Shown: one piece after another, positions 51,101 through 62,600 of the stretch | Layout: every line of letters starts with the position of its first letter | Numbering within the stretch: the first letter of the stretch is position 1 | From: Tubulanus polymorphus | Lineage: Eukaryota > Animalia > Nemertea | Direction of reading: 5' to 3' | DNA: 64,000 bases | Assembly (NCBI RefSeq): GCF_964204645.1 | Contig: NC_134025.1 | Location: forward strand, 23,850,299 to 23,914,298 | Translations under genes and position numbers: made by a program | Notes under the pieces: model-generated | The model's input: the letters and a program-made list of their open reading frames with translations, nothing else | Databases searched by the model: none | What the model was told of the DNA's origin: nothing

Positions 51101-51816
51101 TATTGTCTGGTATCGATATATAGTCATCGTTCAGGAAAACTTTGCTCCTACGCTCAACGGTTGGAAATAATCTGCAAAAATAATCCCTTTAACAATCATC
51201 TCATTAGAAATAATATCAAATTAAACAAGGAGATTAGAATTACACAAGTTAGTACGGTAGATGCTTCTATTCTACTTGTACAGTAAACTGCATGCAAGAT
51301 ACCCTCTGATAAACTGGATTCTCACTTAAAATTGTACTGAAACTCCTCATGGTCCTGTTTTTTATAACCATTATTGCAATGGTCTCTGAATATCGGATAT
51401 CAGGTATATCACAACAAAATCTCTAGTCCCAGTGTAATGCAGTTCCTTTAAAATCCCTTAATAGGAGCAGACTCCTCGTAGCTGAAGTGTAGGTTTATCA
51501 TCTTGTAAAGTCTGTAGCGATTGGACAGGGCAGGCCCCGGTGAATCCTCAATGAATATTGCTGCTTGGTATCTTTGAGGATGGATATCATTTTATTTGGA
51601 CAAGTGCTAGCAAATTTGTATACATATCGTATGAGAGTATGACAGTGCCTACTACACTACCACTGCCAGTATTACATATAGGCCTATGATACAACGAATA
51701 AATTTGATTTGAATTGTAATTGAACAAGAGATTTTGCAAACAAAATACCTAGAAAATACAATTCTGGCATTGTCATGAGTTGAATAACTCAAAATCCACA
51801 CACCACGAACACTCAT
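48180..51816 (-). CDS. AP5M1: AP-5 complex subunit mu-1
   Basis: First exon 51816-51749 MSVRGVWILSYSTHDNARIVFSR, then LFPTVERRS. Internal QPAWKP, YDSKTIPDVWDNYGTITCHAELEG.PDV and IRFTPP.ESFTLCHY. Last exon 48277-48180 SDYKIWNSHG...*. About 14 short GT-AG exons. Confidence 0.88.
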
Positions 51817-51997
51817 TTTGATGTTATCAAATTGTCATTAAATGGGAAATGCGATGAAGAAAGAAATTAATCATTTTTGACATGTCATATAGAACAAAAA
51901 ATTATTGGTCCGCATCAAAGGTAGCCGGGTTTTAGGCATACCGATAATTTGTTTGCAGACGATGTAACAGATTTTCACCTAGTGACATGTAAACAAT

Positions 51998-53536
51998 ATG
52001 GCGTCCTCAAATATCTCAAGTAGTCAAATCAAAACTTTGTGTTCGGCTATAGCAAATGGTGACGTACAGGTACGTCAGAGACATAAGTTCTGAACAGTTA
52101 TTTCATATGTCCTCCTGTCCATTGATTCACCACTACAGTAGATCTCTGTCCTGCGTAGAAATATATCCTCTCTCTTATAGTCTCAGCAAGCAGTCTGTCC
52201 AGTTTTAGTCCAGCCAGCCAGCCAGTCCAAACTCCCGTCTCCAGTACTTGTCATTGTCTCCTCTACCGCATGCCCTGTATGTGGTGCTGACAATGATTGA
52301 ATAATTGAAACGATTAAATGTCGAATGTCGACGTTCGATTCACTCCCTGTCCTGGCTCACCCGACCCCCTTCCTTCAGAACAGTCAATCGACCCTCTCTT
52401 TATAATATAACGCGGTGCGGCTCTTATTGAATTCAATTGTCTTGTATTTCAGTTTGTTAAGCAACAGCTGAACTCGAACCAGATCGATCTGAACAGCAGA
52501 TCGCCTGATGGAATGACACCGCTGTGTTTAGCAGCTTTCTGGGGCTATGCAGAAATTGTTCAAAGTCTTCTTGAGCACGGGTAAGGCTGTACACTGAAAC
52601 ATCTGAACTGCTTTTCAGAGCCTATCAGTAGCTATATATGTTTCTCAATCGTCAAATAATCTTACAAGAATATATCATTGTTATAATTTTGTTAGTGCCG
52701 ATGTTAACTCATGCAATAAAGGCACATTATGGACGCCACTTCATTGCGCTGCATTCCAAGGACATGGAAAAGTTCTTATGAAATTGATGGAGTATAAACC
52801 AAATATCACATTAAAGGACAATCAAAACAGGTGATTATTCTCAACTCAAACAGAAATGGTTCTTATTAGTTACCCGTAGTTGTCTATTGAATAGCAAAAT
52901 GTTTCCAACTTCCAGGACTGCCTCAGATTTTGCTTCTGCCTTGGATGCGGTCTGGTCCATTTTTGCAGGTAAAATTTCTCATATGAATCAAACTTTTTGT
53001 AGAATCCATACATTTTATCATCAAATGTTCACGAATTTTTGATAATATCAAGATTTCAAAAAAAAATTTATTGCGCCTTTTCATTTCAGCTGCTGGTTGC
53101 AAACGAACCCCTAAATTCGAACTCATTAAATTGGACATAGTGAAAAAGGTAGGCCTACATCAATGGAGTCGTTTGTGTGCACTTTAGTGATTGCCAAAAA
53201 ATGTTTGCATTATCAATGATATTTTACAAAATTCCTCCATAGACAACGTATTTTGAAGATCCTACACTTCCTCAACAACAAGAGTACGCTCACTTTTCAC
53301 GCCCGGGTTCTGCCTACATTGTTCAATCGCAGTCTATGTATGAAAATGGATACAATTCGAAACAAGTGAGTACCAGTGCTTCGAGTATGAGAGTATCAAT
53401 TTTTTGAATTCATGATCAGTAAACGCCTTTATTTCAGGCTACAGCTCACGCCAATGGAGATGTTTTAGCAGGAATCGACGAGGAATCGAAGGATCAAAGA
53501 AATTATTCGATACCGTCGATGCACATCTGGAAATAA
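51998..53536 (+). CDS. Small ankyrin-repeat protein (uncharacterised)
   Basis: Exons 51998-52069, 52453-52580, 52696-52830, 52916-52968, 53090-53148, 53243-53365, 53438-53536. ANK motifs DGMTPLCLAAFWGYAEIVQSLLEHGADVN and WTPLHCAAFQGHGKVLMKLM. Confidence 0.85.
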
Positions 53537-53944
53537 CTCATCCAGTACATTGACGCACGCCTCGTGCATTTTAAAATTGAGTACAAAATCAAAAGTGCAT
53601 TTGATACCAAAAGAGATAAATTTCCTTGAGGCCCAGTTTTATAGAAAAGTTGGTTTGATCTGTTGAATCAGGATTTGACTGTATTGCATTTTACTCCCAT
53701 GGTCGAATTAAAGATGTATTAGCCAAACTACTAGTGATCTCAGGGTATGAAGCCCGTAACTATAAAACTGGTATTAAAGAGTTAGACGTTTTTTCTGATT
53801 AATCATTTTCAACAAGAATGTTTGTAAATAAAGATATAATTTATATTTTAATATTTCAAAACAAGATTCACGTTCTTAGCATTTCATGGATCATTTTGAC
53901 ATCCGAGGCAACGCGCAGATTTATGGCTGTCTACTCTATAATGG

Positions 53945-55743
53945 TCAAGACAATCCAACTTTGTTCTTAATCTCTTGCATATTTTTATAAGCTATGTGTC
54001 GGGCTTTTTCAGATCCAATTTTCAAAACTTTTTCGATATGACCCGGATCAGTCCGTAAACGATTCATTTCGTTCTGAATCGGTTTTAAAAATTCGATCAC
54101 AATTTCAGCCACCAATGGCTTATATTTACCAGTATCTAGATGCGCATAATCCTTTGATATTTGTTCGTGGCTTAGACCAGAAAATGCTGAATGAATATCA
54201 ATCAAATTTGAAACTCCAGGTCGACTATCCGGGTCGTAATAAACTTGAGATATATTATCGGTCACTGCCTTTTTCAGTTTTTCAACAATAACATCCGCAG
54301 AATCGTCGAGATTGATCCTGGATTTTTCATCTGGTTCAGATTTACTCATTTTGTTGGCTACTTTTCGAAGACTTTTGATTCTAGTGGCCTCATCTGAAAT
54401 ATTATATTCAAATAGATGAAATTACTTCAAAACATTAGAGAGAATAATGTTCTTGCAATAACCAGTCATACTTACTAACTATAGGCTTTGGTTTAGGAAA
54501 GGTTATTCCATATTGATTGTTAAATAATTTTGCCAAGTGACCAGCTAACTCGATATGTTTCAGCTGGTCATCACCTACTGGTACATCTGTTGCCCTGAGA
54601 AAGAAGACTGAATTTCGCAAAACATTTCTTTAAACAAAGACTAAATTTATCTACTGGCTTACACTACTTACTTGTAAAGAAGAATATCTGCAGCCTGAAG
54701 AACTGGATATGTGAACAAGCCAAGGCCAACTTCTTTCTGTTGAGCAGCTTTCTCCTAGAGAAGTCATAAGTCTTAGTTAATACTCACTCCGGCTATCTAC
54801 TCTGTGTTATGCAAATTAAGAAATATTACCTTCCACTGAGGTAGATGCTCAATTCTTGGCATTGTACATAAACAAGATAATATCCATCCTAGTTCTGTGT
54901 GTTCTGAAACCTAGGAATCAACAAAGATGCTTAACATTGATAGATTTTATAGATTTACATTTCAGACAGTAGGATTGGCACAACCATTTCTTGAGAAATC
55001 ATGAAATGACGAAGGACCCATTAGCCTACCGTTGATTGTTGAAATAGTATACTCTGATCTGGGTCAATTCCACAAGCAATTAAAGCGATGACCATATCAT
55101 GAATCTGTTTTCTGAAAAGCATGATCTCACAATTAGAAATTCCACACAATTCATTAACCCTATAGTGCATCTACACTGCAGTGCGGTGTATAAATCAGCA
55201 ATGAACTATAGCAGCATGGTGTAGAGGCACTATAATAGCAGTACGCTCATTATACAAATGCGCTAAGTTGGAATTTCTAACAAACTAACTTTTTGACTAT
55301 ACCTGAGAAGAGATGGTTTGATTGGAATTGTTATAGCATGCAGATCAACAATGCTGTATATAACGTTGCTTTGTTCTAGTTGCTGGAGACGAACCCAATT
55401 CGCGACGGCTCCGAGATAATTACCGATGTGCGGAACACCGGTTGGTTGAATGCCGGAAAATATTTGGACAGATGCAGGAGCTGCAAACTTTACCTGGGGG
55501 AAAAGCAGTTATAAATCAAACGATTACTCATGATTACCATTCATATTGTTTTTTGCAAGTTAATAGCAATAAAACTAATTTGCATTTAATTGATTGAGTA
55601 AATTGAATCATCTCTGCGTTTATGTTTATTCTGGAAAACTGTACCTTTTTAGACGGGATCTGAGTATAGAGCCTTTTGGATATTATATTCAGATTCAAGA
55701 AAATACCACATTTCATTGCTCTGAAGCTTAGAAACCGCTCCAT
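53945..55743 (-). CDS. WARS2: Tryptophan-tRNA ligase, mitochondrial
   Basis: N-terminal basic presequence-like exon (55743-55645), [22 protein letters not shown] (HIGH motif), [30 protein letters not shown] and KMSKS. Last exon ends at 53945. Confidence 0.95.
55155..55240. mobile_element. piggyBac-like MITE fragment; related inverted copy at ~34795-34872
   Basis: TTAA-CCCT start. ccctatagtgcatctacactgcagtgcggtgtataaatc matches the reverse complement of gatttatacaccgactgcagtgaagatgcactgaaaggg in the TMED10 intron. Confidence 0.5.
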
Positions 55744-55769
55744 AATCTTCAACTGTGCACATGCCAATT

Positions 55770-55953
55770 CAATAAAATTTTATTTGACACATGGGTTAAA
55801 GATGGCGGCGCCCTCGGCCACGAAATAAATCTATTGGAATTACGTTCTGTTGCGAAATACTCGTCCACCACGCACGTTGTGAATTACGAAGACACTGTAA
55901 CACATTCAAGAATATATGTTTCTTATTGCTTTTAATTTGTGTTAAATCTGGAG
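55770..55953. promoter_or_regulatory. Bidirectional WARS2/LTN1 promoter and LTN1 non-coding first exon
   Basis: Head-to-head genes, YY1-like AAGATGGCGGC at 55799-55810, donor gag|gtgagc at 55953 and acceptor ttgtag just before the LTN1 ATG. Confidence 0.55.
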
Positions 55954-56617
55954 GTGAGCGTACGATTTTCTAAAAAGAATTACTCTGTCTATGCCTTATA
56001 GTTAGGCTAGTTACCTAATCGTTGGTGGTAAGCTTTTTATAATCGGATGGGCTTATACCAACTGAAAATATCCGATCATGAAACTTAACCACAGACAGGT
56101 TACTGACTATCTATGCCTCTGCCGGAATAGTTCAAAAATTCAAAGCCAGGAGAAACTCTTTGAGTGCAGTGTAAAGGCTTGAAGGCTTTACACAATTGAT
56201 ATTGATAATTGTATTGGATCCAGTATTGATAACCAGTAGCTTTATCCCTAATATCTTATATAGCCGAAATACTGGAATAGGTCTGGATTAGACTGGGAGA
56301 GGGATGTGTTTGTCCGCCAGAGATTCCAGTCCCAACACACAACTTTCGACTTTCTATGATGTAAAATTTTCTTTAGATAAGTCGCACATTGATTGCTGGT
56401 GACGACATCACAGTCAACTTACGCATCCATTTGCAACTAGTTGTAGCTGATATTGCGAGCAGTTGCTAATCGACCTTGCTTGGCTTAAGGATATCGGTAC
56501 TGGTCACTGATATTTAATCTATGTTTCAATTACTGGCCAATATGAATAGAGGATATTTAAAAAGTGAGTATCAGTAGTTGATGTAGTTAAAGGAATTGCG
56601 AACTATCTTTGTAGACT

Positions 56618-59600
56618 ATGCCTGGTGCCAAGCAGAAACAAGCGAACAGAACTAAAGGAAATGTTCGGGTAAGAGCCCTTAATTTCATTGAGTAATTTAC
56701 TAGCATTAGACTTTAAAAAAAATTGCTTTTAAATCTTGAAATGATTCTATTTGTAGCCGTCGAGTAGTGGGCGAGCGGTTGATATGTTATCAGCTGCAAC
56801 CGGAGGTAAAATGGGTTTCATCGGTTTCGATTCTATGAATGATCTCGGATACGTTCCAGCAGCTGTCGGAAATGATGAGGCCGACTCGTCAGTCGACCCA
56901 GAGTTCCGGATGGTGCTTCGCAAATTTTCTAAAAAAGATGCTACAACAAAGTTAAAGGTACAATTATTGTGAATGAAAAGAATTGAGTCCTCTCCTTTTT
57001 GGTCGAATTTAAGTTGTATTCTTATATCAATTTCAGACAGTGCAAGAGTTTGCCTGTTTGTGTAAAGAGAAAGGTCAGGAAGCAGTAGTCGCCGTTTTGC
57101 CTTATTGGCCTAGATTATATAACAAATTGTCAACGGTAAGTATATATAATGGGGTATAACAAAACACTCTTTTTAATCCTACAGAGTTAAAATTCTTGTT
57201 TTATGGAATTAGATTAATCATTTGCCATCGAGATCAGCTGACAATGCAATCAATTTATTTGGGCCAGGTCAGGCATCAGATAACATGACCTCTTAATCTA
57301 ATTTCCACTAGATGGCAAACTAGTCAAATCTTGCTGCTTAAACTTTATCAGCATGCTCGAATGTTGTTTAACAGTTGTTTAAATGCACTACAACTCATAG
57401 GGAGCGCCAGTAGACGATTTATTCGATAAAAGTGAACAAGATGCAAAAATTGATATTAAAGTAGAATTTGCAATTTGAAAAAAAATTACTTCCAATTAAC
57501 GAGTTGAGAGAAGACAGAATCTGAACTAGAAACCCTTCGCTCTATACCTAGCTATTACAAAGTTGCTTGAATCCAAAAGATTTATTAGCGCTTCCAATGT
57601 ATACAGTATGTGACACTTAAATCTGTTATCTGTTCAATCTGTTTAATATTAATATTTTAAACAGGACAATGATCGCCGCGTTCGAGAAGCGACGCAGCTA
57701 GCGTTCGAACAGCTCATTCTACGAGTTAAACGCAACCTTGCGCCGCAGTTAAAACCTCTTATGGGATGCTGGTTATTGGCTCAGTGCGACGCGCATGCAC
57801 CAGCGGCGAGTGCAGCTGTAGCTGCATTCGATGCTGCGTTTCCCCCAAACAAGCAAAGCGAAGCTGTCATATTCTGTAAAAACGAAGTGCTATCTTACAT
57901 CAAGGATAATCTTCTCAGTCAGACACCGCAGACATTAAGCGACCCCTCGTAAGTTTTTTTGGTTGATATTTATGAACTCTGGTTCAAGCACCCCCTGTAG
58001 ATAAAAAATATATTCAATTGAGAGCCTAAAAGCTTTAGTATATACCCAAGAAGGTAAATTATCGATTGATAATCAGAAATCTAACACTTGTGACTGATTC
58101 AGAGGCCAATTTTGAAGAACTTGTCACACCCCAAAAGGGCAGTTTGATTTCCAAACTGGTAATATTAAGCCTGCTCCCGCACTGAAATGCACCAATTATC
58201 TTAGTTGACAAAATGAATAAGGGCATTCAAAAAGATTTGCAAACTTGTATAAGTCTCGTAAGTCCCACTGGATCCGGCCCTGGGCTCCTAATTCAAAATC
58301 ATGGATTGATAATAGAAATGAAATCTACATGCTCTGTTTCAGCTGAGATGTTAAAAGTTTTGTTTTCATATACCAGTAGATATGTAATATTATGTATGCC
58401 TCTTATTATTTTCTGTCATTTTATGTAGTTCAATGTCAAAGGAGGAGAGTGAATCCCGATTTGAAAAATTCATCACTTCTTCATTGTTCGCATTACGGAA
58501 AGTCCTACTTATGATGAAAGAAAGTGGGCAGACTGATGTTGTGTCTATGGTCGAAGGCATTGTAGATAATGGAAAGTTCTGGAAATATGGAAAGAGCCAA
58601 TCATCACAGGTTTTTTGCCAAATCGTAACAATCATAGTTTTGCATATTCTGTTACCAGGCTAAAAATCTTGTCATCTTCAAGTGTTGCATTTTTCTCTTA
58701 AGATCCGTAGTGCATTCTATGCGGTATTATCAGCTCTGTGCCAAACTAACCCTGAACTTAGTGTCAAATATGGAAAAGAACTGTCAACATTGACATTGCA
58801 CAACCTCGATGAAGTAGATCCTTGCGTTTGTGGTCAACTTTGGGATGCCATTCTTCACATCGTTTCAACTATTCCAGTAAGTTTGCATTTGACATCTCTT
58901 TGGTACTTGCCTGGTTCCATGATCATTTAGATAAAAGAACATTATATTCAGGGGATTTGAGAAATCATTTTATTCAATTACCATACTATTAGTTTATGCT
59001 GTGTTGAGATAATGAATGTCACAAAATTTTACTGTATTTTGAATGTAAATGCATGCAAACCATCGCTGTATTTCATCTTTGTGTATGTTGTATGTTGAGT
59101 ATTGTATTTTCATTAAGTGAACTTCAGAGATGCTAGTTTTCCGGAATTCCGGAAATTTAGGATCGCCGATGTCAATTCCGGAAATTGGGTGAGAATTCCT
59201 CGCGGCGACCAGTAATGGCACGGACCGTAAAAGCGTTCGTTTGCTTGTACTCGTCGTCGCTTCTGTGTTATTTTATCTTGGTCTCTGTTTCCGAGGACGT
59301 TCTGCTACAATGTATATATGTGTGCTTGTTGTGGTATCTGTGCGTGCGTAGGCGGAGCGCCACTGTTGTGACGCCATTTCCAATTAAAAGTCAATTATCT
59401 TTACGCGCTGTTGTACATCGTCCCGCTGACGGCCAACAATGTGAAGATGCACGTGGTACTAATTAAGATGATATCTAATAAATATCATCTTAATTATTAC
59501 CACGTGCGTGCTATGTCCTGAGGCACGCAGCTTTGAAACTTTCTTTTTGCCTGCAGCTGTCAAGCTGGACGGTCTGCAAAATGAGCCCGCACGGAAAGAT

Positions 59601-62600
59601 TGTCAGTCGGGAGTCGGCCGATATAAAGGCAATTGACAGCGGTATAAAAAATAAATTTAACTGGCACTGGCTAGAGTGTAAGGACAGTAACGGGGACTAC
59701 TTATCGAACTACATTCGTAAGTTAGACTTAGCTGGCGTGGCGTACTGCGTCGTTTGTAAAGACCAGGTCAAATACGGTAGTGGCGGGAAAAAAAGATATT
59801 CTTCGTCACCCAGATAGCGCGCGGCATAAGCAGCGAGGGATGTGAAGCACAACGAATGCCTGCCGTCGTATTTTCAGATACCCAGATCGCTCTAGAACGC
59901 ATTTCCGGCGATGCAAAAACGCAAAAAGACACCCGTTCTAAATTCCGGAATTTTGGTACTTTGGCCCTAGCATCTCTGGAACTTATTCTAGAATAACTCC
60001 CTCACAACCTGCTGTGAATTGATTAAATTACTTGGTGCCAAGCTTTATTTAATTACTTGTATCTATAACTAGCCTATCAGGCTCTATCTCTTTCCTTTGT
60101 GGCACAAATTTATCAAATTTACCGTAGGCCCTACTGTCTGAGGTCAGATTGAGAATATCTGTCAGTTCACATCATTCTGAAATGGATAATAGCACCAAAA
60201 CTGTATGCTTGTGGAGACAAAAAAATTATGTCTGGTTGACAGTTCTTATGTACATTTCTAATCCGATATGCACTTGCGGTTTTCTGTTGAATATATTCAG
60301 TTTTTTCATTCTAAGAATTTATCGTTCGAAGTCGACCGGATTCCTACTACTGCAAATGCTCACGATTGTTGACAATTGCTTTCTAGTGAATTCGTTTCTA
60401 GTCGTGAACGCTCGAAGGATATTTTCGTTCACCAAGTACGGAGCTGGCTTTTACTATCTCGCTGACGCATACATCGGACCGAGGTTCATAAGATATTTTG
60501 CGCCGTCAAATATCGCTTTTAGAATGACGCGCAACTGGTTGATTGTACTAGTAAGCCTTGACCGAGCCATTCACATTATTTACCCGTTGCGCGCTATTGT
60601 AATTTGTACAAAACAAAATTTCATCGCTGTGTTTCTCGTTATTTTTGCCATAAGTGCTCTACTGCAAGGTGCTCGTGCATGTTGCGTTGAACTCGTTGTC
60701 AAAAATCCTGATTGCCCGTTCAATTTTCCGATCTTACGCTTTTATAAACATTTTCCGTATGGTATGAATGAACTGGGAGTTGTGGTGCCAACAATTGTTT
60801 GCCTGTTTCTGTTGTTACTTATGGCTAACATTGTGCTGGCTGTCAGTTTGTTTAAAGCTCAGAGGCAACGTTCGGACTTGACTCATGCGACTGTCCCGAA
60901 GTCCACATCAGAATCGCAAGCTACTATTCTCGCGTTTGGTATCTTGATGACATTCCTTATATGTGAGAGCCCGAACAGCGTAGAGAGAATCTTAGAATTG
61001 ATCTGGCGAAGTAAAAACCGTCTGCGGTCTCATCCCATGATACAAGTCTCAATCCAAATTGATTCTTGCGTCAATTTCTTTGTTTATTGTCTTTCTAGTA
61101 GAAAATTTCGTCAGATCGTGAAGCGGACTCTCCAATGCTCTAGTACAAGCAGAAAACAGAGAAAAATTTTTTAACGTTTATGAAAATAGAATACGGACAT
61201 GCATTGTTTGAATTCCTACGTGGTTTTTTGTCTTATCCAAATAGAATTGATATTGTCCTAAATAAGAACTACCCGTAACTAACATACCGGTATAAGAAAT
61301 AAACAATTTGTGTAGGGTAATAAAAAAAACCAACACAATAATGGTAGTGAATTATGCAACTTGATTGTCCCCACTACCTTCAATAGCCCCAATCACATGA
61401 GCATTGAATCCCACACCAATCATTCTTACTGGTGCCAAATGGGTCGGTGCTTGTTTGGCATGGACCATATTTGGCCCGACCAAAATCGTTGGACCAAGCT
61501 TGTGCTGAATCTTAGACCAATTTATTCTGTGTGAAAGTTTATTGGTTCTGGAGGTAACTCATCTTCTTTACCACTGCATAATTTCCATCATTTTAGTAAT
61601 GAGTGTGATCAGGACAAATTTTACTCGGGGGCCTTGTCCCGGCTGGTTGTTGACCTGTGCAAAATCGTTTCCATGTGATCAATACCTATGTGACGAAAAG
61701 AAAATCTATTCAGTTTACCACAAAACTTGCAATTTTATTCTAACGTTCAGAGGATTGCTGGAAGTAATCTAAATCTAAATCTGCTAGAATTATTGAGTAA
61801 AATTCTCAATGACACAACCACAATGTTAGGTATTGAATTTTCATTAAGTGAATACATTTTAGAATAATTCCCTCACCACCTGTGGATTTTGTAAAATTGA
61901 GGATATTTCTTTCTAACAATCTTAAGGCAACTGACATATCTATCATACGTCTGCCAATAATTCCATTCATTGAACAACTTTATTGAATTAAAGCGACTAT
62001 CATTTCTGAGGTCAAATTCAGGAATATCTGTCAGTTCTTTTGAGAGAAATGGAAAAGAACGTTGCATCTACTTGTTTGTGGAGACAGAATAATTATGTCT
62101 AGTTGAATATTCTTGTGTGCGTGTCTGACCTGATATTCTGTTGAATATATTCTGTTTATTTTAAGAAGTCATCATTTGTCGATGGGATTCCGTCTACTTG
62201 CAATTTTTGCTAATTTATTTCTAGTCGTGATCACTTGACAAATACTATCATTCACCAAGTATTTGAGCTGGCTTTTCTATATTGCATACAATGGATCGAG
62301 GTTCATTAGATATTTTGCGCCGTCGAATTGACCAAAAGATTATGAAAATATTACAGACATGTATTGATTATTCGAATATCAATGTGTTTTTGAAATTGAT
62401 GTTGTAATCCTGATTAAAATCTTAAAAATGAACTGAAATTTTCAATAAATGTAACGTTTAAGATGATTGTGAATACGGACGGCATCGTCCCTTTCCTTGC
62501 TTTTTGAGAAAACCTATTGCCTTTTTTCTATGTTATGATTTTCATTTCATTATGTAGGATTGCTGGCAATACTTGAACATGCGCAAGGCTGTCCTCCCAA

